64,000 bases of DNA from a bacterium (lineage in GTDB: Bacteria > Patescibacteriota > Minisyncoccia > Minisyncoccales > UBA10102): contig JAUSJT010000004.1 in assembly GCA_030647485.1 (NCBI GenBank), positions 173,088 to 237,087 of the forward strand. Reading direction: 5' to 3'. Shown piece after piece: positions 27,451 to 34,798 of the stretch. How positions within the stretch are numbered: the stretch's first letter is position 1; each line of letters starts with the position of its first letter. Under the pieces are notes generated by a model. It worked only from the letters and a program-made list of their open reading frames with translations. It did not search any database and was not told where the DNA came from. Made by a program: the position numbers and the translations under genes.

Positions 27451-27951
27451 ATGTTAATGATAAGATTCATGCGAATAGGGAGGAAGAATCAGCCGTCTTT
27501 TAAGATTGTGGTGACCGAAAAGACGAAATCTTCCACAGGAGGACGCTTTGTGGAAGATGTTGGTTTTTACAACCCCATCACAAAAGAGAAAGTCCTGAAA
27601 CCAGAGAGGTTAAAGTACTGGATATCACAAGGAGCACAGCCGACTCCCACCGTTTCTAATTTGTTAATATCAGAGAAGGTGATAGAAGGAGAAAAAATCC
27701 CAAAGCACAAAAAATCCAAGAAGCCCGCAGAAACTCCTGCAGCTCAATCTACAGCAGTCCCAGCTCAAATCCCAACTCCCCAGCCTTCGCCATCCGCCTC
27801 CGCTGAAGCTACGGCGAACAAGGAGGCTACGGCGAGCGTAGCAGAACAGCTCATCGAGTCTGAAGGCTCTTCAGAACCTGAACGGCCAAAAGTTGAAGAG
27901 CCAAAGCCCGCAGAACAACCGCCTCAAGTATCTCCAGAAGAGGGCAAGTAG
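27451..27951 (+). CDS. rpsP: ribosomal protein S16 with low-complexity C-terminal extension
   Basis: MLMIRFMRIGRKNQPSFKIVV N-terminus. The tail is rich in P, A, E and S. Confidence 0.9.
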   Translation: MLMIRFMRIGRKNQPSFKIVVTEKTKSSTGGRFVEDVGFYNPITKEKVLKPERLKYWISQGAQPTPTVSNLLISEKVIEGEKIPKHKKSKKPAETPAAQSTAVPAQIPTPQPSPSASAEATANKEATASVAEQLIESEGSSEPERPKVEEPKPAEQPPQVSPEEGK

Positions 27952-27977
27952 CCCTCTTCTGTTTATACACAAAAGTC

Positions 27978-28005
27978 TTGACATAAAGAAGAGGTTTGTT
28001 AGAAT
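27978..28005 (+). promoter_or_regulatory. sigma70-type promoter
   Basis: TTGACA, 16 nt spacer, TAGAAT. Confidence 0.5.
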
Positions 28006-28034
28006 GACTTAATTTATTTTATGGAGGTAGTTCC

Positions 28035-28253
28035 TTGAGAGACGATTCAAACACCACAGAAAACCTACAATGTACTAATTGCGGAATGAGATCCCCAGGA
28101 ATACTAAACGGTAACACATGCCTTAGCTGTGGGAAAACAGGGACATTTAAGACCATACTGCCACAGCTGGTTCTTCCAAATAGGGGAAGATTATATCCTA
28201 ACCGTGGCGGTGAACCATCTGGCAGGCGCAGGCGCGGATACCATAGCTGGTGA
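28035..28253 (+). CDS. small zinc-ribbon protein with Arg-rich tail (hypothetical)
   Basis: TTG start 7 nt after GGAGG. CTNCG..CLSCG motif and GRRRRGYHSW tail. Confidence 0.45.
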   Translation: MRDDSNTTENLQCTNCGMRSPGILNGNTCLSCGKTGTFKTILPQLVLPNRGRLYPNRGGEPSGRRRRGYHSW

Positions 28254-28271
28254 TGTGGTTAAGGCCCAATG

Positions 28272-28322
28272 CCCCGAGAAAGAATGGCGATTATAAGCGT
28301 TATCTTTCTCGGGGTATTTTTT
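28272..28322 (+). terminator. rho-independent terminator
   Basis: CCCCGAGAAAGA..TCTTTCTCGGGG followed by TATTTTTT. Confidence 0.75.
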
Positions 28323-28333
28323 ACAAGTGGGCC

Positions 28334-28362
28334 TTGACATTTGCAGGGTTATATGCTATACT
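28334..28362 (+). promoter_or_regulatory. near-consensus sigma70 promoter
   Basis: TTGACA, 17 nt spacer, TATACT. Confidence 0.55.
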
Positions 28363-28368
28363 CTACCT

Positions 28369-28699
28369 ATAGGATGAAATATGGCTTCGCTGGCGAAGAG
28401 AGAGCGCTAGCGAAATAACAATTTAGAAGTTTGAACGGCAAGCGGCTCTCCCTGCCCCGTAGCATCTCGCAAGAGATTGGTACGGGGTCAAAAGAGTCGC
28501 TTGTTCGTTGTAAAGAACCTGCACACTTGAGTTCATAATCCTAGATTAGGGATTCAAGTGTGGGGAAGCACATTGGCAAATCTTGTCGTGGTAGCAGATT
28601 GGGTATAAAATTGTATCTAATCTGCTGCTACGATGTACGTAGTAGTCCTTTCAAGCCACAAGCGCCCAGTGGAAACTGGGTAGGAGAAGGAGTATTATC
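28369..28699 (+). ncRNA. long structured leader or ncRNA (unknown family)
   Basis: Downstream of the consensus promoter. Extended hairpin 28439-28503 (11 bp, 7 bp and 5 bp helices with a GCAA loop). Further hairpins at 28522-28562, 28587-28632 and 28665-28680 (CCCAGT-GGAA-ACTGGG). Confidence 0.4.
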
Positions 28700-28909
28700 A
28701 TGCGTCAGGTTCTTGGTCTGAGAGCTCTTCGGCGGATCACTGGGGAAACGTATTTTACGCCAGAGAGGTTTAATCGCCTCAATCAGATTGCGGAAGTCGC
28801 AATCGGGGTGAGGCCCGATCTGGCTTCACGTGGTTCGTGGAACTGGGATAGACCCACTTCCACGCTTACCGTGCTAACGAGGCACGGCATGATGGAAAGA
28901 AGTTTTTAG
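28700..28909 (+). CDS. hypothetical protein, 69 aa (coding status uncertain)
   Basis: ATG follows GGAGAAGGAG. However, codons are G/C-ending and several internal hairpins are present (e.g. 28786-28804). Confidence 0.3.
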   Translation: MRQVLGLRALRRITGETYFTPERFNRLNQIAEVAIGVRPDLASRGSWNWDRPTSTLTVLTRHGMMERSF

Positions 28910-29030
28910 TAGCTCTTTGGAGAAAGGGAAGCTGAACTCGCGAATGCAAGTCCAGCTTCCCAGATCTCTTGAGTTCATCACTGTAAAAAATCTTGGTGGT
29001 GAACCGAAGGGAGAAAAGTTGAAAAGGGGG

Positions 29031-29297
29031 ATGACTAAGCAGCAGATCTTTGAAGATCTTAAAGGACAAGTAGATAGAGGGGAACCTCTTCTGCTTGAGA
29101 TTATTGGCGGAGTTCACAAGATTCTTTCCTTGGATCTCGTAGAGGGTGGGTACTATATACAAACCTCAAACGAGCAAGGAGAAGTTATTGGAAAAACGCT
29201 GATTGATCCGGATGTCGCGCGAGCAGAACTTCGGACCCTCGCAATAAAAAGGTCTGTAGGTAGAACTCAAAGGAGGCGAAAAAGGGGGAAGGCATGA
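29031..29297 (+). CDS. hypothetical basic-tailed protein, 88 aa (ORF track start 28917 is less likely)
   Basis: ATG at 29031 follows AAAGGGGG. The region upstream of it folds into strong hairpins at 28926-28961 and 28973-29004. C-terminus is RTQRRRKRGKA. Confidence 0.4.
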   Translation: MTKQQIFEDLKGQVDRGEPLLLEIIGGVHKILSLDLVEGGYYIQTSNEQGEVIGKTLIDPDVARAELRTLAIKRSVGRTQRRRKRGKA

Positions 29298-29401
29298 AAA
29301 TGCTCTTCCCCGATCCCTTAAGCCCAAGGCTAGGCCTTGTGCCGATGTCGTGGGCTTAAGAGATTGAACAGCACCTTATACAATTTCTTCGGGGCGGCGA
29401 A

Positions 29402-29698
29402 ATGGACATCAGGGTAGTAGTAGAACTACAAACTACTAACTACAAACTAAAAACTGATTCTGGTGTTCAGCTCGCCGCTATGGAATTCATAGCGAAACAG
29501 AAAGAAAAGAATGGGGTAGCACCTAAAGGAAGAGAGATGTTCGCACAAAAGGGGCCGGGAACTTTGAATGATTTCTTCACGCAAGAACGCGAAGAGATAA
29601 GAAATTTTTTCCACCGACAGGCAGACGTGGAGATGGCATTAAAGACCCAGGTAAGTGTTGAGGTAATTCTCCGGAATTACCTGGGAAGACCCCGATAA
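29402..29698 (+). CDS. hypothetical protein (alternative start 29480)
   Basis: ORF of 98 aa. The first 26 codons overlap a G-poor CTACAAACTA leader-like motif also seen upstream of other genes, so 29480 (MEFIAKQ) may be the true start. Confidence 0.35.
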   Translation: MDIRVVVELQTTNYKLKTDSGVQLAAMEFIAKQKEKNGVAPKGREMFAQKGPGTLNDFFTQEREEIRNFFHRQADVEMALKTQVSVEVILRNYLGRPR

Positions 29699-29822
29699 GG
29701 CGGCGGGGCAAGGCGAGGAGCAAGAGAATTTGTTCACACGAATCCCTCTGCTCCTCCATTCATCAAAGTTCAGAAAGAAATTTATGGATTTTGATGGGGA
29801 AAGTTCTTTGAAATAGACTAGG

Positions 29823-30110
29823 CTAAGAGAGATCAACGCCGAGTTTCGCTTTGAGCACTTGTTTGACGCGATTGATGTCCTGTTTCATAATGGTAAATTC
29901 GTCTTCCATGTCGGTCATGCGCTTGAGAAACTTATCCAGCGTGGTAGTAAGTTTCTCAATCTTCTGATTAATCCGTAGTTCCATCCTTTCCAGCTTTTTA
30001 TCAACATCTGAAAGAATAACAATACGGTTCATTGAAAGTTTTTCATCCACGGCATTCAGAATAACCTTTGTCTGTCTATCTAAAAGTTTTTCGATGTTTT
30101 GTTCCGCCAT
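29823..30110 (-). CDS. hypothetical coiled-coil protein, 95 aa
   Basis: Heptad-rich K/E/L sequence with native-like codon usage. Convergent with the preceding ORFs. Confidence 0.5.
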   Translation of the reverse strand: MAEQNIEKLLDRQTKVILNAVDEKLSMNRIVILSDVDKKLERMELRINQKIEKLTTTLDKFLKRMTDMEDEFTIMKQDINRVKQVLKAKLGVDLS

Positions 30111-30282
30111 ATATTTATTGTAAGTCTTCAGCGCAAGATGTCAACAACACTTTGAAAACATGTTACATAAGAGAGCATAGAGGCGCTCTCGCAGAAGATT
30201 ATTTTTTCTCTCCTATCTTCTGTGAGAGTACCTCTGCGTTCTTGACCCCTCCCTTTCTTAAAAAGGTTAGGAAAGGGAGGGA

Positions 30283-30310
30283 TTGACACTCCTAGAGAAA
30301 AATATACAAT
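30283..30310 (+). promoter_or_regulatory. sigma70-type promoter for the KH-protein/trmD genes
   Basis: TTGACA, 16 nt spacer, TACAAT. Preceded by an 11-bp hairpin CCCTCCCTTTC..GAAAGGGAGGG. Confidence 0.5.
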
Positions 30311-30370
30311 AAGAAAGTAATATCAGAAAGGTCGAATAGCAGTTTGTACCGTTGTAACTGAATTCATTAT

Positions 30371-30685
30371 ATGGCAGACGCATACCAAGATCTTCTCGAA
30401 TATATTGTGAAGGGCATTGTAGACCATCCTGACGACGTAAAGCTAGATAGAAAAGTTGACGAGATGGGCGTATTGCTCACCCTCAAGGTCAACCCAGAAG
30501 ACATGGGTCTTCTCATCGGCCGGGAGGGATCTACCGCACGATCAATAAGAACATTGATCCGCATTGCGGGCCTCAAAGCGCACGCAAGGGTAAACCTCAA
30601 AATAGAGGAACCTGAAGGAGGCCGCGTGCCAAGAAAGGAGTCTACAGACGAAAAGAAAGAATCTATCGACGACCTGAAGATATAG
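30371..30685 (+). CDS. KH-domain RNA-binding protein (YlqC/KhpA family)
   Basis: LLEYIVKGIVDHPDDV and LIGREGSTARSIRTL (GxxG loop). Confidence 0.85.
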   Translation: MADAYQDLLEYIVKGIVDHPDDVKLDRKVDEMGVLLTLKVNPEDMGLLIGREGSTARSIRTLIRIAGLKAHARVNLKIEEPEGGRVPRKESTDEKKESIDDLKI

Positions 30686-30804
30686 TCCTTCGATAAACTC
30701 AGGCCTTCGGCTCTGAGACTCAGGCTTGAAGAGATTAAGAGAGTTGTCTGAAATAAGAAAACAGTGCTACTATACAGGTGGCATTGTTTTCTTTTTTGCA
30801 ACAT

Positions 30805-31545
30805 ATGATTACATTTGACGTTATCACTATATTTCCAGAGTTCGTAAAGGCATTCTCTCAAGAATCTTTATTGAAAAAAGCTCAAGAGAAAAAACTCTTG
30901 AAGATAAACGTACACAACTTGAGAGATTGGGCAACAGACCCGCACAAGAAGGTTGATGACAAACCCTTTGGCGGGGGATTAGGCATGGTATTTAAAATTG
31001 AACCTTTGTACGAAGCAGTTCAAGATATAAGGAAATCCTTCCGCTCGCAAGCGTCAGGATCTCGACCAAAGGTCTCGAAAACTAAAGTCATCTTGTTCAC
31101 TCCTCGTGGAAAGAAATTCACCCAGCAAAAAGCAGAAGAACTTGTAAAGAACAAACGCCTTATCTTTATATGCGGAAGGTATGAGGGGATAGACGAAAGA
31201 GTGGCAAAACATATCGCAGATGAGGAACTGTCTATTGGGGACTATGTCTTAATGGGAGGGGAAATCCCTGCCATGGCCGTTATTGAGACAATAGCCCGTC
31301 TTATCCCGGGGGTCGTAGGCAAGCCCACCTTTCTTAAAGAACGCCGCCTAGGCGTCAAATCGGGCCAAAAACAAGGGTTTTTAGAGTATCCCCAGTATAC
31401 TCGCCCCGAGATTTTCTCCCCCCGCCTCGCCGGCGGGCGGGCTAAAAAGGGAGTAGTATGGAGGGTGCCTAAGGTTCTACTTTCTGGAGATCATAAAAAG
31501 ATTGAAGAATGGAAGCGAGAACAAGGCAGGGTTATTTGCAAATAG
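30805..31545 (+). CDS. trmD: tRNA (guanine37-N1)-methyltransferase
   Basis: MITFDVITIFPEF, CGRYEGIDERV and GGEIPAMAVIE motifs. Internal basic insert. Confidence 0.95.
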   Translation: MITFDVITIFPEFVKAFSQESLLKKAQEKKLLKINVHNLRDWATDPHKKVDDKPFGGGLGMVFKIEPLYEAVQDIRKSFRSQASGSRPKVSKTKVILFTPRGKKFTQQKAEELVKNKRLIFICGRYEGIDERVAKHIADEELSIGDYVLMGGEIPAMAVIETIARLIPGVVGKPTFLKERRLGVKSGQKQGFLEYPQYTRPEIFSPRLAGGRAKKGVVWRVPKVLLSGDHKKIEEWKREQGRVICK

Positions 31546-31574
31546 GGGATTTTATGCTATCGTAGTGATGAATT

Positions 31575-31657
31575 GGGTCGGTACTCAAGCGGTCAACGAG
31601 GTGACGCTGTAAACGTCATGACTTCGGTCTTCGGGGGTTCGAATCCCTCCCGGCCCA
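31575..31657 (+). tRNA. tRNA-Tyr (GTA)
   Basis: Type II tRNA with a long variable arm. Anticodon arm TGACG-CTGTAAA-CGTCA. Confidence 0.9.
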
Positions 31658-31683
31658 CAATTTTTCCTATAAGGAAAAATTGC

Positions 31684-31763
31684 AAATTATTCCGTGGTGG
31701 AAAAATAGGAACGAAGTGACGTAAGAAACCGAAGGTGTCTTAAGCTGGGGGTCGGGGTAATTT
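31684..31763 (+). repeat. SR element copy C
   Basis: AAATTATTCCG..GGTGGAAAAATAGG..AGAAACC-GAA-GGTGTCT..GGGGGTCGGGGTAATTT. Ends 3 nt before tRNA-Thr. Confidence 0.75.
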
Positions 31764-31766
31764 GGT

Positions 31767-31837
31767 GCCGAGGTAGCTCAATGGTAGAGCACGTCATTGG
31801 TAATGACGCGACAAGAGTTCAATTCTCTTTCTCGGCT
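31767..31837 (+). tRNA. tRNA-Thr (GGT)
   Basis: Acceptor GCCGAGG/TCTCGGC, anticodon arm CGTCA-TTGGTAA-TGACG. Confidence 0.85.
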
Positions 31838-31890
31838 CCGACAAACAGGTCGTATTCGTATATTCGTATAAATTCGTAATTCGTAGAATC

Positions 31891-32067
31891 ATGGCAACAA
31901 AAAGAAAGGCATACACCAAGATGATGTGCGCGGAGTGCAAGAAAGTGAACTATTTTGCGCATAAGTCAAAAATGGTAAAAATGAAAGAAGGAGAGCAGAA
32001 GCTTGAACTAAAGAAGTTCTGCAGACATTGCAAGAAGCATACTCCCCACAAAGAAACAAAGAAATAG
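31891..32067 (+). CDS. rpmG: ribosomal protein L33
   Basis: 58 aa, below the ORF-track cutoff: MATKRKAYTKMMCAECKKVNYF..FCRHCKKHTPHKETKK. Confidence 0.85.
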   Translation: MATKRKAYTKMMCAECKKVNYFAHKSKMVKMKEGEQKLELKKFCRHCKKHTPHKETKK

Positions 32068-32081
32068 GGGAAATTTTCTTT

Positions 32082-32177
32082 GAAAATTTGCGGTTCTCCC
32101 CGTGTAGGAAAACAGGTCGCCAAAGGCGACCGTTAGAAACCGTGGGTTTCTAAAAGAGGGGGGTCGGGGTGATTTTC
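32082..32177 (+). repeat. SR element copy D
   Basis: ..CTCCCCG-TGTAGGAAAA, GGTCGCC-AAA-GGCGACC, AGAAACC-GTG-GGTTTCT, GGGGGGTCGGGGTGATTTTC. Ends 1 nt before tRNA-Trp. Confidence 0.75.
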
Positions 32178-32178
32178 T

Positions 32179-32252
32179 AGGGGCGTAGTGAAGTGGTATC
32201 ACGAATCTCTCCAAAAGATTCGGCGGAGGTTCGATTCCTCCCGCCCCTGCCA
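32179..32252 (+). tRNA. tRNA-Trp (CCA), 3' CCA encoded
   Basis: Acceptor AGGGGCG/CGCCCCT, anticodon arm AATCT-CTCCAAA-AGATT. Confidence 0.9.
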
Positions 32253-32385
32253 CGTTCAGTTCACTTCGCCACAATTATGTAAACTAATTGTGGTTCGTTC
32301 ATGAACGTGGCGAGCCACAATTATGTGACTAATTGGTGACGAGCCACGTGAATAGAAGTAGAACATGAACGGTGGCCTGCCACAT

Positions 32386-32643
32386 ATGTATTACTTTTAT
32401 ATTCTTCGGAGTAAAAGGAATAGAAAACTCTATCTTGGTCAAACTGCAGATCTAAAAGCACGGATAAAATCTCATAATGCGGGGGAGAATAAAGCGACTA
32501 AACCTAACATCCCATACGAATTAATTTTTTACTCTGCTTTTAATAATGAGGGGGATGCCATAAATTCTGAGCAATATTTCAAAACAACGGCTGGTTGGAA
32601 ACGACTTAGTAAAATGCTAGAGAATACGCTAAAGGTAAAATAA
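32386..32643 (+). CDS. GIY-YIG nuclease-domain protein
   Basis: YYFYILRS..KLYLGQTADLKARIKSHN, about 85 aa standalone URI-type domain. Confidence 0.75.
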   Translation: MYYFYILRSKRNRKLYLGQTADLKARIKSHNAGENKATKPNIPYELIFYSAFNNEGDAINSEQYFKTTAGWKRLSKMLENTLKVK

Positions 32644-32675
32644 AGAATCGCCAAGACGGCGGGTTTTTGGTATCC

Positions 32676-32703
32676 TTGATTTTTTGCATGATTTATGTAT
32701 AAT
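32676..32703 (+). promoter_or_regulatory. sigma70-type promoter
   Basis: TTGATT, 16 nt spacer, TATAAT. AGGAGG lies before the ATG at 32738. Confidence 0.5.
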
Positions 32704-32737
32704 GCACTTAGCTAAGACAACGAAGGAGGAATAGAAC

Positions 32738-33004
32738 ATGTCTTTACAACTTACTTCCAGGGAGCTAGCCGAGCTTGTAGAGCGTTTGCGATTGTTCAAT
32801 AGCATACCACCAGAACAAAGAATTGACGTCTCTGGCGTTGTTCGTCAGCATTGCACAGAAAGCACCCAGCTCTTCGCTACTGTGTACGGTGATGAACCTA
32901 CGGAAAACGAAACAATACAGCTCTGTGAGCATATCAAGCAATGCATTCCCTGTGGGGCGTTCCTGCGCTACATGTGGCGTGTAACCAGTCGTGCTGGCTA
33001 TTAA
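32738..33004 (+). CDS. small Cys/His protein with H-x3-C-x2-C motif (hypothetical)
   Basis: CEHIKQCIPC resembles the zinc-binding anti-sigma (ZAS) motif. Strong promoter and SD. Terminator at 33038-33075. Confidence 0.5.
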   Translation: MSLQLTSRELAELVERLRLFNSIPPEQRIDVSGVVRQHCTESTQLFATVYGDEPTENETIQLCEHIKQCIPCGAFLRYMWRVTSRAGY

Positions 33005-33220
33005 CCGACTAGATCGCAGTCGAACAGGCCCAAATGAGAAGCGTCAGGTCTCGGTCTGACGCCTCTTTTCTTTTAATCCCTTTAAGCACCTAAATCTGGA
33101 ATGTAAATATGCCCCTTTTGCTGCTGTATTATAGTTCTAACGTCCTCCACGAGCCCCTGCATAAACAGAAAACGCCCTTTTGGGGGCGTTTTCTTGTACA
33201 ATAGAGTATAGAATTGTACC

Positions 33221-33541
33221 CTACATCTTGTTTGCTCCAGGAAGCGGAAGTCCCAACTTCTTGAGGTTTCGCACCACAGAAGCAAGCTGAGATACCACTA
33301 CGAGAAGAAAGCCAACCGGAACCAAGAATGCCAAGGAAGGAAGTCCTTGCGCAACAAGCTGCAACACCGCATACCCGAACACATACGCTAGTACGGATCC
33401 GTGCATGAACGCCGCAACCTTTCCGAATCGAAACTCCTTTCTAACCACTGCTCCCAATATACCCAAGATGACGTCAACCGCGATTAAGGCAACAATGATC
33501 TGCGTTTGAGTGCTTGAAAAAAGATCAACAAAATCTGGCAT
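33221..33541 (-). CDS. holin-like small membrane protein (hypothetical)
   Basis: 106 aa with 3 TM helices. IVALIAVDVILGILGAVVRKEF resembles phage holin/TcdE-type N-termini. Confidence 0.45.
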   Translation of the reverse strand: MPDFVDLFSSTQTQIIVALIAVDVILGILGAVVRKEFRFGKVAAFMHGSVLAYVFGYAVLQLVAQGLPSLAFLVPVGFLLVVVSQLASVVRNLKKLGLPLPGANKM

Positions 33542-33689
33542 TTTCGTAAATTATAGATTATAGTACCCTTGTGCTTAAAAGTCTTTCGACCTTTTATAGA
33601 GTTATTCATTATACCTTACGCAAGGAGCCCAGAGAAGAAAGTTATCCACACTTCGACTCGCTCAGTGTAAACACTTTTGCAAAAACAAC

Positions 33690-34172
33690 ATGTTAAAGAT
33701 AGTGAAGTACCCTAATCCCATACTCAAGAAGAAATCAGAAGAGATACACCATGATGACAAATCCCTCCGTTCCCTTATTCCCCAGATGATTGAAGCAATG
33801 AAAAAAAACCAGGGAGTTGGACTTGCCGCTCCCCAAATTGGGATTTCAAAGAAAATCATCGTTATCACAGAAGGAGAAGAAGCCCATGCATTCTTAAATC
33901 CCAGGATTGTAAAGCAAAGCAAGGAAAAGGAACGAGACGAAGAAGGATGCTTGAGTCTGCCCGGGCTGTTCGTAGGGGTTCTTCGGTCAAAACAAGTAGA
34001 GGTCACAGCTGAAACACTTAATGGACAAAAGATAAAGATTAAGGCCCGAGATCTTGCAGCAAGAATCTTCCAACACGAGATTGATCACATAGAAGGTAAA
34101 CTTATTATCCATCGCATCAGTCCGCTTGCCCAATGGAAACTACGGAATCAATTAAAGAACCTGGCAAAATAA
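33690..34172 (+). CDS. def: peptide deformylase
   Basis: GVGLAAPQIG, EGCLSLPG and HEIDHIEG motifs. Confidence 0.95.
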   Translation: MLKIVKYPNPILKKKSEEIHHDDKSLRSLIPQMIEAMKKNQGVGLAAPQIGISKKIIVITEGEEAHAFLNPRIVKQSKEKERDEEGCLSLPGLFVGVLRSKQVEVTAETLNGQKIKIKARDLAARIFQHEIDHIEGKLIIHRISPLAQWKLRNQLKNLAK

Positions 34173-34798
34173 CAAACCCGGCTATCCTTGAAGCGTTCCA
34201 CGACATACGAAGGGAAGATTTTCTGCCTTCGGATGTAAAGCCCCTCGCTTCCTTGAATGAAGCGCTTCCCATTGGATATAACCAAACAATATCCCAGCCC
34301 TTAACGGTTGGATTCATGCTGGAACTTCTAGAACCCAAAAGAGGGGACCGCATCCTTGATATTGGTGCTGGATCCGGGTGGACTACTGCTCTCCTTTCAC
34401 ATATTGTAGGCAAAGCCGAGTACAGTACTATACCCGGCAAAGAAGGAAGGGTCGTGGGATTAGAAATAATCCCAGAACTGGCAGAATTCGGAAAGAAAAA
34501 CGTAGCAAAGTACGGCTTTATTGAAAAAGGCATTGCCAAGTATCTGTGCCAAGACGCAAACAAAGGATATCCTCTTGAAGCTCCGTATGACGGAATACTC
34601 GTGAGCGCAACGCTTCCCAAGAAAGAACTGCCTCGCGCCTGGCGAGAACAGCTAAAAATAGGAGGAAAGATTGTGGTTCCCATTCAAGAATCTATCTGGG
34701 TGTTTACTAAAAAGCCTGCCCGCCGAGGAGGCGGGAGCGAACACAAGTTCACAGAAAAAGAATACCCAGGATTTGTGTTTGTCCCATTTGTTTCATGA
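34133..34798 (+). CDS. pcm: protein-L-isoaspartate O-methyltransferase
   Basis: ISQPLTVGFMLE and SAM motif ILDIGAGSGWTTA. Confidence 0.85.
   Translation: METTESIKEPGKITNPAILEAFHDIRREDFLPSDVKPLASLNEALPIGYNQTISQPLTVGFMLELLEPKRGDRILDIGAGSGWTTALLSHIVGKAEYSTIPGKEGRVVGLEIIPELAEFGKKNVAKYGFIEKGIAKYLCQDANKGYPLEAPYDGILVSATLPKKELPRAWREQLKIGGKIVVPIQESIWVFTKKPARRGGGSEHKFTEKEYPGFVFVPFVS

Noticed and set aside
27700-27951. Low-complexity P/A/E/S-rich region considered as a separate gene or repeat
   Set aside because: It is continuous in frame with the S16 core, so it is a C-terminal extension of rpsP.
28455-28487. 34-nt GNRA-capped hairpin resembling group II intron domain 5 (CCGUA..UACGG)
   Set aside because: It lacks the AGC/CGC catalytic triad register and the two-nucleotide bulge geometry. 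No other intron domains or reverse-transcriptase ORF are nearby.
28917-29030. Upstream part of the 126-aa ORF from the track
   Set aside because: It begins at a non-ATG codon, has no SD, and is occupied by two strong 9-bp hairpins. ATG 29031 with an AAAGGGGG site is more plausible.
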